From: Candidatus Pacearchaeota archaeon
GTDB taxonomy: Archaea > Nanobdellota > Nanobdellia > Pacearchaeales > GW2011-AR1
Assembly (NCBI GenBank): GCA_018221305.1
Contig: JAAOYK010000062.1
Coordinates: 1-59,403, forward strand
Length of the DNA stretch: 59,403 bases
Reading direction: 5' to 3'
Position 1 is the first letter of the stretch; each line of letters opens with the position of its first letter. The translations under genes were made by a program, and so were the position numbers. Below are positions 29,608-38,777 of this stretch, piece after piece. The notes beneath the pieces are model-generated. The model did no database searches and was not told the origin of the DNA. It saw only the letters and a list, made by a program, of their open reading frames with translations.

Positions 29608-30159
29608 ATGAAAAGAGCATTGGTTTTAACAGGAAATCTAGTACAAGATCATGAATATATTTATCCTTATTACCGTCTAAAAGAAGAAGGATTTGAGGTG
29701 ACTACAGCACTTAAAGATGCAAAAGCATGCCTAGGAATTTTAGGTACAAACATACCTTCAGATAGAGATGCTAAAATTATAAGTTATGAAGAAATGAGGA
29801 TTGAAGATTTTGACATATTAGTAATTCCTGGTGGTGCAAAATGTATGGAAAAACTGCGTCAAGAAAAAGGTGTACTTAATTTTATCAAAGAGTTTAATGA
29901 CGCAGGCAAAGTTATATCAAGTATTTGCCATGGAGCTCAATTACTTATCTCTGCAAAAATTGTTAATGGTAGGCGGATTTCTGGATATTATAGCATAATG
30001 GATGATATAAGCAATTCTGGGGCAGAATATGTTGACGCACCATATGTTACAGATAATAATATTATTAGTTGTCCACATTACAAATATTTAGGAGACTGGA
30101 TGAAAGAAACATTTAATGTCTTTAATAAAAAAAATGATCCGGAAAGTTCAAAATTCTGA
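29608..30159 (+). CDS. DJ-1/PfpI family protein
   Basis: DHEYIYP, VIPGG, SICHG (nucleophile Cys). Confidence 0.9.
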   Translation: MKRALVLTGNLVQDHEYIYPYYRLKEEGFEVTTALKDAKACLGILGTNIPSDRDAKIISYEEMRIEDFDILVIPGGAKCMEKLRQEKGVLNFIKEFNDAGKVISSICHGAQLLISAKIVNGRRISGYYSIMDDISNSGAEYVDAPYVTDNNIISCPHYKYLGDWMKETFNVFNKKNDPESSKF

Positions 30160-30892
30160 TTTAGACTCAAGGCGTCTTTCTGAAATTAACATCAAAATTG
30201 AGAATGAATTAGATGAATTTGATTTCTCAAAAGTTGTTGTTAGAAAGCCTTGGGGGCACGAATATTTAGCATATAGAGAAGAAGGTGTATCAATATGGAT
30301 ATTGCATATAAAAAAAGATGCAGCAACATCTACACATTGTCATTTAGATAAACGTACAGACTTATTGGTCTTATCTGGACACGTGGTATGCACTACATTA
30401 GAGAAAAAAATAGATTTAGTAGAAGGAGACCTCTTAATACTAAACAAAAAAGTTTTTCATTCAACAAAAGCAGCATCTGAAAGCGTATTAGTAATGGAAA
30501 TAGAATTTCCATCAAAAAAAACAGATCTTGTACGTTTGAATGATTCTTATGGAAGAGAGAAAAAAGGTTATGAAAAACAAAAAGATATGTGTTTTGATTT
30601 ATCTGAATATCAGCGAGTTTTTTTAAATGGTACTGACCTAAATCGTATGATTGGAAATATGAACCTAAGCATTGAAGAATTTGACGACATCAAAGGGTTA
30701 AAAGATTATTTGAAAAGAAATGATAGTCTTTTAGATGTTTTTATTACAGGCGAAATCAGAATAAATAATGACGAATCAATAATCAGTGTAGGAGATGCGC
30801 TGAAATTAGAGGATTTAAAACAAGAAAATATTGAAATAACAAAACCAATAAAAGTGCTTAATATTAAAAAAAATATATTAGACTTTGACTAA
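30116..30892 (+). CDS. Cupin-domain protein (mannose-6-phosphate isomerase type II C-terminal-like)
   Basis: VRKPWGHEY, TSTHCH..K, VFHS, DLVRLNDSYGR. Confidence 0.75.
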   Translation: MSLIKKMIRKVQNSDLDSRRLSEINIKIENELDEFDFSKVVVRKPWGHEYLAYREEGVSIWILHIKKDAATSTHCHLDKRTDLLVLSGHVVCTTLEKKIDLVEGDLLILNKKVFHSTKAASESVLVMEIEFPSKKTDLVRLNDSYGREKKGYEKQKDMCFDLSEYQRVFLNGTDLNRMIGNMNLSIEEFDDIKGLKDYLKRNDSLLDVFITGEIRINNDESIISVGDALKLEDLKQENIEITKPIKVLNIKKNILDFD

Positions 30893-30895
30893 GAA

Positions 30896-31546
30896 ATGGT
30901 GATAAAAGGAATATTGTTTGATCTTGATGGAGTAATTGTTGATACTATGCATGACCATTTTGTTGCATGGAAAGCTGCGTTTAAAGATTATGGAGCAGAT
31001 ATTGATAAAACAGAGTATTACAAGTTAGAAGGACGACGCATAATACAAATAGCAGAGATATTAGCAGAAAAGTACGGTATACCTAAAACAGAGGCTGAGA
31101 AGATTCATGATTTAAAATTAAAGTATGCTGCTACTGGAAAAAGGGCTAAGTTTTATGAAGGAGTTAAAGAGTTAGTCAGTAACTTAAAAACAAAAGGCAT
31201 AAAAATTGGAATTGTAACAGCTAGTGTTAAAGGATTTTTAGAAGAAAAAGTTGATAAAGAATTTTTAGACAAATTTGATGTTATTCTTACAGGAGACATG
31301 TATGAAAAAGGAAAACCAGATCCTGACCCATATATCCAGGGAAGACTTGCATTAGGCCTTGAGGAAGAGGAATGTATTGTTATAGAAAATGCACCATTGG
31401 GTGTTAAAGCAGCAAAAGCTGCAAACATGTATTGTATTGCTATAGAATCTACGCTTGATAAATCCTATTTAGGTGAAGCAGACGTAATTCTTGAAAAATT
31501 TGGTGATTTAAAAACTACTGATAAAATTAAAAAAGTTCTTGAATAG
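30896..31546 (+). CDS. HAD superfamily phosphatase (beta-PGM/CbbY-like)
   Basis: FDLDGVIVDT, VTAS, GKPDPDPY, VIENAPLGV.AA. Confidence 0.9.
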   Translation: MVIKGILFDLDGVIVDTMHDHFVAWKAAFKDYGADIDKTEYYKLEGRRIIQIAEILAEKYGIPKTEAEKIHDLKLKYAATGKRAKFYEGVKELVSNLKTKGIKIGIVTASVKGFLEEKVDKEFLDKFDVILTGDMYEKGKPDPDPYIQGRLALGLEEEECIVIENAPLGVKAAKAANMYCIAIESTLDKSYLGEADVILEKFGDLKTTDKIKKVLE

Positions 31547-31621
31547 TTGTAAAATGTAGATTTTAAAAAACATATAAATCCATATATATAAACTTATAAA
31601 CAAAAATTGAGTCCTAAAAAA

Positions 31622-32572
31622 ATGAAGTTTTATGAAGATAAAAAGGTGTTAGTTGCCGGAGGTACGGGCCTTATTGGTAAAACCCTTGTAAACAAATTAA
31701 TAGATCATGGCGCACAAGTAAGAATTGCATCTATTGATGATCCTTCTCGGGCTCATGAAGATGCAGAATTTTGTAGGTTTGATTTAACAAAATATGATAA
31801 CTGTATGGAAGCGTGTGAGGACATGGATTATGTCTTTAACCTACTCTGCATAAAAGGGTCACCAAAAGTAATGAAAGAAAGATCAGCATCAATATTTACA
31901 CCAATGATTCTTTTTAATACAAATTTATTAGAAGCTGCTAGAAAAAGTGATATTAAAAGATATCTTTATACCAGTACGTCAGGAGTTTATACACCAACAG
32001 ACATTGCTAAAGAAGATGACATGTGGAATGGATTTCCTTCAAAAAAAGACTGGTATGCAGGATGGGCTAAAAGAATGGGAGAACTGCAAGTTGAAGGTTA
32101 TAAAAAAGAATATGGATGGGACCACATTTCAATTGTCAGACCAGCTAATATTTATGGGCCTCATGATGATTTTCATTCTGATGGTGCAATGGTTGTACCT
32201 TCACTTATCAGAAAAGCGTGTGCAAGTGATGGAGAATTAGAAGTGTGGGGAGATGGTAGCGAGATTAGAGATTTTGTTTATGTTGAAGATATTGCCAGAG
32301 GTATGATGATGACATTAGAACAATCCCCAAATGTTCCAATAAATCTTGGAAGCGGAAAACGTTATTCAATAAAAGATTTAGCAGAAACTGTCGCATCAAA
32401 TTTTGATCCAGCACTTAAACTTAAATGGAAACCAACAGAATTTGGTGGAGATAAAATAAGAGTTTTGGATGCTAGCCGTGCAAAAGATCTTATTGGGTGG
32501 GAATCAAAAATAACATTGCAAGAGGGTATTAAAAAAACAATGGATTGGTATAAATCAACCTATGGCAAATAA
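31622..32572 (+). CDS. NAD-dependent epimerase/dehydratase (Fcl/GME-like), atypical active site
   Basis: AGGTGLIG, AGWAKRMGE, RPANIYGP.D, VWGDGS..RDFVY. Confidence 0.85.
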   Translation: MKFYEDKKVLVAGGTGLIGKTLVNKLIDHGAQVRIASIDDPSRAHEDAEFCRFDLTKYDNCMEACEDMDYVFNLLCIKGSPKVMKERSASIFTPMILFNTNLLEAARKSDIKRYLYTSTSGVYTPTDIAKEDDMWNGFPSKKDWYAGWAKRMGELQVEGYKKEYGWDHISIVRPANIYGPHDDFHSDGAMVVPSLIRKACASDGELEVWGDGSEIRDFVYVEDIARGMMMTLEQSPNVPINLGSGKRYSIKDLAETVASNFDPALKLKWKPTEFGGDKIRVLDASRAKDLIGWESKITLQEGIKKTMDWYKSTYGK

Positions 32573-34565
32573 TGCAAAAACAGCAGGCAAAACAGAATTA
32601 GGACTTGTACAAATAAATAATAGTTTTGGGAATCAAACATATTTTCCACTGTCTATAGGATTTTTACAAGCTTATGCTCAGGAACACCTTGCAAACATTA
32701 ATGATTTTAGTTTTAAAACACCAATATATAAACGTGGTCCAATAAAACAAAGTCTTGAACATTTAACAGGGTCGCGTGCAGTATTTTTTAGTACGTATAA
32801 CTGGAACATGAACGCAGCTTCACAAATCGCAAGCGAGCTAAAAAAGGTAGATCAAGAAATATTAACCGTTTTTGGCGGATGCGAAATTCCAAAAGATAAT
32901 GCTGAACAATTTTTACGGGATAGACCTTTCATTGACCTGGCAGTTCATGGGGAAGGTGAAAAAGTTTTTACATCAATTTTAGAGAATTATAATGACAGAA
33001 ATTGGGAACAAGTTCCTTCTTTAAGTTATATTGATGGAAATGGAAAGTATAGAGAAACTGAAAAAGCTAAAAGAATTGATGACTTGACAACAATACCCTC
33101 TCCATACCTTGCAGGTGTTTTTGATCAAATGATGAAAGATAACCCTCAAGATATATGGCTTGGATTATGGGAAACAAACAGAGGATGCCCTTTTCAGTGT
33201 AGTTTTTGCGAATGGGGCTCAGACTATCAAAAAAGGTTACATCAGCATGAACTTGAGCGAGTCTTGAAAGAAGTTGACTGGTTTAGTAAAAATAAGGTAG
33301 AATTTGTGTTTTGTGCAGACTCTAACTTTGGAATGCTGGAGAGAGATTTAGACATAGCTAAACAGTTTGTGACAAATAAAGAAAAGTTTGGATACCCAAA
33401 AGCATTTTCAGTACAAAACACAAAAAATTCTACTGAAAAATCTTACCAAGTTCAAAAGACATTATCTGACGGAGGACTTAGTAAAGGAGTAAACCTAGCA
33501 TTTCAGTCAATGAATCCAGATACATTGAACGCTATTGGGCGTAAAAATATTCCAAATGATACATTTCATGAACTGCAAAGAAGGTTTAATATTGACGGGA
33601 TTGAAACATTTTCTGACATTATTTTAGGACTTCCAGAAGAAAGTTATCAAACATTTACTAAAGGTATTTCTGAACTAATCAGCGGAGGTCAACAAAACAG
33701 GATCCAGTTCATTAATTTATCAATACTTGCAAACTCTCAGATGGGTGACCCTGAATATCAAAAAAAGTATGGTTTCCATACTGTTGAAGGAGATATGATA
33801 AACATTCATGGAAGTTTGGATGCTGGAACAGACATCATGGAAAAACAAACATTAGTTGTTGGAACTAAAGACATGCCAAAAGAAGACTGGATTAAAGCAC
33901 GAACTTTCGGATGGATGACATCAGCGTTATATTTTAACAAATTATTACAAATCCCATTTAATGTAATTAATTCGTGTTATGATGTAGATTATGATAAAAT
34001 TGTTGAAGAATTTATGAAAGTTGACAAAAAAGACAGCCCGATAATTCATGGCATGAACCAATTTTTCCAAGAACGTGCACACGGAGCTCAAAAAGGTGAA
34101 CCAGAATTTTGTAGGTCAGAGAAATATTTAAACATCTGGTGGCCTGCTGATGAACTTTCAATGATTAAAATATGTGCTGAAGGAAATCTTGAAGGATTTT
34201 ATCAGGAGTCGCAAAAGGTTATTGAAAAAATATTAGACTCAAGAAGTATTGATTACAATCCTGGTCTAATCTCAAACGCAATTGACCTAAATAATCAATT
34301 GATCAAAAGACCGTTTACTAATACTGATGTTCAAGTTGACCTTGAACATAATGTGTGGGAAATATATAAAGATTCAAAAGCTGGAAACCCAATTGATGTA
34401 CAAGAAGGCAAATTTTCATATTTAATAGACAGAAGTACAGAGACATGGGATTCCTGGAATGAGTGGGCACAAAAAGTTGTATGGTATGGAAACAAGCGAG
34501 GAGCTTACGTATATAAATGTAAACCAGTAGAAAACGCAAGCGAAACATTGGAGGAAAAATTATGA
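32562..34565 (+). CDS. Cobalamin-binding-domain radical SAM protein
   Basis: N-terminal B12-like domain (YNWN..FGG..HGEGE), IPSPYL, ETNRGCPFQCSFC (CxxxCxxC), DSNFG, ILGLPEE. Confidence 0.9.
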   Translation: MANNAKTAGKTELGLVQINNSFGNQTYFPLSIGFLQAYAQEHLANINDFSFKTPIYKRGPIKQSLEHLTGSRAVFFSTYNWNMNAASQIASELKKVDQEILTVFGGCEIPKDNAEQFLRDRPFIDLAVHGEGEKVFTSILENYNDRNWEQVPSLSYIDGNGKYRETEKAKRIDDLTTIPSPYLAGVFDQMMKDNPQDIWLGLWETNRGCPFQCSFCEWGSDYQKRLHQHELERVLKEVDWFSKNKVEFVFCADSNFGMLERDLDIAKQFVTNKEKFGYPKAFSVQNTKNSTEKSYQVQKTLSDGGLSKGVNLAFQSMNPDTLNAIGRKNIPNDTFHELQRRFNIDGIETFSDIILGLPEESYQTFTKGISELISGGQQNRIQFINLSILANSQMGDPEYQKKYGFHTVEGDMINIHGSLDAGTDIMEKQTLVVGTKDMPKEDWIKARTFGWMTSALYFNKLLQIPFNVINSCYDVDYDKIVEEFMKVDKKDSPIIHGMNQFFQERAHGAQKGEPEFCRSEKYLNIWWPADELSMIKICAEGNLEGFYQESQKVIEKILDSRSIDYNPGLISNAIDLNNQLIKRPFTNTDVQVDLEHNVWEIYKDSKAGNPIDVQEGKFSYLIDRSTETWDSWNEWAQKVVWYGNKRGAYVYKCKPVENASETLEEKL

Positions 34566-35293
34566 CAAAAGAGACAGCATTGATTACAGGCGCAAGTAAC
34601 GGGCTTGGAGAACACTTGGCATATGTTTTTGCAGATAATGGTTATGATCTAATTTTAAACGGAAGAAACCTTGGAGACTTAGCCAGAATTTCAAGACGTT
34701 TTGAAAAAAATGCAGATACTAATGTTGAAATTATTCAAGGAGACTTAAGAGAAAACGAGACAATAGATAAATTATATGAAGCAGCACAAAAACAGGATAT
34801 CACTGTTTTAATTAATAATGCGGCACTTCCTTGCCCAGACGTGCCTTTTGAAAACATAACAGAACAACATATTTATGATATGGTATCAACCAACTTAATG
34901 GTTCCAATAAGATTAACGCAAAGAATTTATCCAATATTCCAAGAAAAAAATAAAGGACGCATAGTAAATATTAATTCTATAATAAGCCTAGAAACAAAAA
35001 ATAAAAGAACACTCTCTACGGCTTGTAAAAGCGGATTGGCAGGATTTTCAAAAGGATTAAGAACTGAAGCTGCAAAACATAACATTTCAATCCTAGACGT
35101 TTACATGAGCAGGGCACGAACCAAACCGCATTATGAATGGGGGATGGATACAGATTATGTCGTAAACAAGATTTTTGAATATCAGGCGCAGCCAGAAGTT
35201 GATGAACTAGTAATTGACGGACGACCATTAAAGGTAAGAGAAAAAACAAAACCGTTAAGAATTTATATAGATGCTAGGCATAAGAGTATATAA
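34562..35293 (+). CDS. Short-chain dehydrogenase/reductase, atypical active site
   Basis: TGASNGLG, LINNAA, NINS; STACK in place of YxxxK. Confidence 0.82.
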   Translation: MTKETALITGASNGLGEHLAYVFADNGYDLILNGRNLGDLARISRRFEKNADTNVEIIQGDLRENETIDKLYEAAQKQDITVLINNAALPCPDVPFENITEQHIYDMVSTNLMVPIRLTQRIYPIFQEKNKGRIVNINSIISLETKNKRTLSTACKSGLAGFSKGLRTEAAKHNISILDVYMSRARTKPHYEWGMDTDYVVNKIFEYQAQPEVDELVIDGRPLKVREKTKPLRIYIDARHKSI

Positions 35294-35309
35294 AAAGAAC
35301 AAAGAAAAA

Positions 35310-36260
35310 ATGGATACAAAAAAAGTTTTAGTATGTGGAGCAACAGGGTTTATTGGGAGAAACACAACAGAAAAGTTAGCACAACGCCCAGACTTGGAAG
35401 TCTATGGTACTTACAATAATCGGCCAAGATATGATAATGACAACGTAAACTGGGTTAAAGCAGACCTTACAAACAAAGAAGATGTAAACAATGTATGCAA
35501 AGGTATGGATGTTGTTATCCAGATGGCAGCATCCACTACAGGTGTAAAAGATTCTATAAACGCCCCACATATACATCTAGCTGACAACGCAATAATGAAC
35601 ACGCTACTTTTGCGTTCTGCTTATGATAATAATGTAGGGCAATTTATCTTCCCGAGTTGCACAGTTGTATACCCATCAAGTGATCAGTTAATCAAAGAAA
35701 CAGACTTTACAGGAGAAATTCATCCAAAATATTTTGGTGGTGCATGGATGAAGATTTATGCTGAAAAAACTGCAGAGTTTTATGCTGGACTTGGAAAAAC
35801 AAAACATACAGTTTTCCGTCATTCAAACGTTTATGGACCATATGACAAATATGATCTGGAAAAGTCACATGTTTTTGGTGCAACAATTGCAAAAATAATG
35901 ACTGCAAAAGATAATGATAAAATTGTTGTCTGGGGAAAAGGATTAGAAGAGCGAGACTTGCTTCATGTTGATGATTTAGTCTCGTTCATGCAAACAGCAA
36001 TAGATACGCAAAGTACACCTTATGAGCTTGTCAATGTTGGATTAGGTGAATCTATTTCTGTAGACGGACTAGTTAAAAAAGTTATTAAACATTCAAACAA
36101 AAGTTTGGATATTGAGTATGACGAAACAAAACCAAACGTTATGACTAAAGTTGCACTCGACTGCAGCAAAGCTAAACAGGTTTTTGGATGGACCCCAAAA
36201 ATAACTTTAGACGAAGGTATTAAGAAAACAATTAAATGGTATGAAGAAAATTTACTATAG
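35310..36260 (+). CDS. NAD-dependent epimerase/dehydratase, atypical active site
   Basis: CGATGFIG, SCTVVY, GAWMK, RHSNVYGP.D..SHVFGA, VWG.G...RD. Confidence 0.85.
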   Translation: MDTKKVLVCGATGFIGRNTTEKLAQRPDLEVYGTYNNRPRYDNDNVNWVKADLTNKEDVNNVCKGMDVVIQMAASTTGVKDSINAPHIHLADNAIMNTLLLRSAYDNNVGQFIFPSCTVVYPSSDQLIKETDFTGEIHPKYFGGAWMKIYAEKTAEFYAGLGKTKHTVFRHSNVYGPYDKYDLEKSHVFGATIAKIMTAKDNDKIVVWGKGLEERDLLHVDDLVSFMQTAIDTQSTPYELVNVGLGESISVDGLVKKVIKHSNKSLDIEYDETKPNVMTKVALDCSKAKQVFGWTPKITLDEGIKKTIKWYEENLL

Positions 36261-36280
36261 TTTAAAATTTGTTTAGAAAA

Positions 36281-37606
36281 ATGCAAAAGATAGGTTTTAT
36301 ATTTCCAAGTAGTGATTATTTACATGATCCGTTTAGAGGGGACCCTCATACACATTTTCAAATACTAACAGTATTAGATGATCGGCTCGGAAATAAAGTA
36401 GATACAAGCCTTATTGATCTTCGTGGAATTAAAAGAAAATTTGCTCATTACGTAATTCCAGAACAAGACGTTTTCCTACATTCCACATATACACTAGATT
36501 GGGAAGAACAAAAAGAAATTGTTGAAGGAATAAGAGACAGATATCCAAATGCTAAGCATATAGCAGGGGGGCCGCATACCAGCTGTTTTCAAAAAGAAAG
36601 CAAGCAAGTCTTTGATTCTATAATTTTGGGCGATGGAGAAGAATCTATTGTACAAGCAATCAATGATAACGAAAAAAATGAATTACAGCAAATTTATGAA
36701 CAACAGGGCAAAATTGATGTAAAAGAGTATCCATTTCCAAGACGACACTATCTCCCACATGCAACTATTGCGCGAAAGGGGTTAGTGAGTAGAAGGGATA
36801 ACAAAGAACTCGAGAATTTATTGAGCACAACAGTCATTTTTAGTAGAGGATGTACAGACAAGTGTGCTTTTTGTGCAATGCCAGGCATAAAAAAATATAA
36901 TCCAGGAATTCGGTTCCGTGATCCTGAATCTATTGAAGCAGAGCTTGAATATTTAAAATCAGATTTTGGGATTCAAGCAGTTAGTCTTTTAGATGAAATA
37001 GGATTTCCACCCCGCTTCGATAAAGCGCAACCATATATTGAAGCAATTGGTAGAACACAAATTCCTTGGAAAGGTCAGTGTAGGGTAGACAATGTTACAA
37101 AAGACGTTGCCGCACTTTTAGCAGACTCTGGGTGTGAAGTCATGTGTCTTGGAGTAGAAAGTGTGTATCAAAATTCCCTTGACCTAATAAAAAAAAGGAT
37201 ACAAGTTGAACAATCAAAACAAGCAATTAAACTATTAAACAAACAAGGTATTGAGACACGAGTTTATATGATAATTGGTCTTCCAGGAGAAGATAACAAG
37301 GTTGTTGAAAAAACATGGGATTTTATCAAAGAAACAAATCCTGCATCTGTTTATCTTTCATTATTTACTGCACGCCCGGGAACAGATGTTTTTAACAATC
37401 CACAAAATTACGGTATAAAAAACATCGATTCTGACTGGAGTAAAACAATGCATATTTATGGCAGATATGAGCATGAACGGCCACGATTAACTTTTGAATA
37501 TGAAGATAATCCTTTCTGGGGAAAAGCAATGAAAAGTGAAGAAATTGTTGACAAATATTTAGAATTACAACAAAAAGTAATAGATAATGGATATGGGCCA
37601 GTATAA
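36281..37606 (+). CDS. Cobalamin-binding-domain radical SAM protein
   Basis: AGGPH, GDGEES, FSRGCTDKCAFC (CxxxCxxC), GVES, IIGLPGE. Confidence 0.9.
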   Translation: MQKIGFIFPSSDYLHDPFRGDPHTHFQILTVLDDRLGNKVDTSLIDLRGIKRKFAHYVIPEQDVFLHSTYTLDWEEQKEIVEGIRDRYPNAKHIAGGPHTSCFQKESKQVFDSIILGDGEESIVQAINDNEKNELQQIYEQQGKIDVKEYPFPRRHYLPHATIARKGLVSRRDNKELENLLSTTVIFSRGCTDKCAFCAMPGIKKYNPGIRFRDPESIEAELEYLKSDFGIQAVSLLDEIGFPPRFDKAQPYIEAIGRTQIPWKGQCRVDNVTKDVAALLADSGCEVMCLGVESVYQNSLDLIKKRIQVEQSKQAIKLLNKQGIETRVYMIIGLPGEDNKVVEKTWDFIKETNPASVYLSLFTARPGTDVFNNPQNYGIKNIDSDWSKTMHIYGRYEHERPRLTFEYEDNPFWGKAMKSEEIVDKYLELQQKVIDNGYGPV

Positions 37607-37620
37607 AAAATTATTAACTT

Positions 37621-37779
37621 CTACCACAACGCGTAAATAAAAGGAGATATACTACTTGCCTGGCCAAAGATTATAAGCCCAGATACAAGTATCAGCATAA
37701 GGATAGTAGGTAATAACCACCATTTTTTTCGAACTTTTAAATAGTTCCATACTTCCCCTAAAAATGACTTATTTTTCAT
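37621..37779 (-). CDS. DUF5989/SxtK-like small membrane protein
   Basis: EVWNYLKVRKKWWLLP...SSISPFIYALW signature; ATG 37779 overlaps the upstream stop. Confidence 0.85.
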   Translation of the reverse strand: MKNKSFLGEVWNYLKVRKKWWLLPTILMLILVSGLIIFGQASSISPFIYALW

Positions 37780-38777
37780 GTGAGTGTAAGATTCTGGTCT
37801 TTTATAAATTTTGCGATGGTTTTTCCTACTTCTTCGTTTGCAAGACAAGAAGGATGCCCGCCATCTATCCCAACTTGCTGATCATGGGTCAAGTAACTAG
37901 TCGCATTATGGATATTTGTTACACAATAAATATCATATTTGTTACAGAATTGTCTTGCATCATCAATATATCCGGGAGTAAAAGTATCTCCAGTAAAATC
38001 GTAAAAAACAATAACTAATATTTGCTTTCTTTCATCTAATGTATTCTTTAATCTAAGTATTTGTTTTTTAGACTCTTCAATAAAAAAGGGTCCATATAAG
38101 TCGACTGGAGGAAGCATGTTAGCACTTCTTTTAAATGCCATAATCAGCGGGCTTGATTTTTGGTACATATAACTTAAAAAAGATGATTTTCGCTTTACAT
38201 CAAACATAAAATCATAAATCGGTCTTTTTTTAGGAGGATCCATTGGTCTTACAAAATCGTGTTCTATCGGAACCATGATAATAAGGTCTCCTTCAATAAA
38301 GTATTCCTCATTAAAGTAATAACTTGCGACCATATGTTTAAACCCGTAAGCCCCTTGACCATAGTTTAAAACTTGATTATCAGAAAGATTAAAAATTTGC
38401 TGAAAATGATGAGACACGGTTTCATCATCTTTTAAGAACCATCCAAACATGAACGAGTCACCAAAAAAGGCATACTTATTATCAGCCTTAAGAACATCAA
38501 TATCTACATCGTTTCCTCTGGCCCCAACATTATTTATGCGTGCCTCCATTTTGTTTTTAAGACCTTTTTGGACATTATACCAACCATCCTGATTCGGACG
38601 ATTATAAAGAAATCCATTAGGTTCATAATTTTTTATTAAAACTTTTCCAACAGTCATCCTGACAAAAATTTCTCCAAAAAGAAAAAGAACAAATAAGACT
38701 ATTAAAAGCAAAATGAAATTTGCAATTAATTCTTTCTTTTTTTTCTGTTTTGATTTAGGTGTCTTTTTAGTTTTCAT
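37776..38777 (-). CDS. SGNH/GDSL hydrolase-like membrane-anchored protein
   Basis: N-terminal TM helix; INNVGARG, FFGDSFMFG, VLNYG, DGGHP. Confidence 0.8.
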   Translation of the reverse strand: MKTKKTPKSKQKKKKELIANFILLLIVLFVLFLFGEIFVRMTVGKVLIKNYEPNGFLYNRPNQDGWYNVQKGLKNKMEARINNVGARGNDVDIDVLKADNKYAFFGDSFMFGWFLKDDETVSHHFQQIFNLSDNQVLNYGQGAYGFKHMVASYYFNEEYFIEGDLIIMVPIEHDFVRPMDPPKKRPIYDFMFDVKRKSSFLSYMYQKSSPLIMAFKRSANMLPPVDLYGPFFIEESKKQILRLKNTLDERKQILVIVFYDFTGDTFTPGYIDDARQFCNKYDIYCVTNIHNATSYLTHDQQVGIDGGHPSCLANEEVGKTIAKFIKDQNLTLT

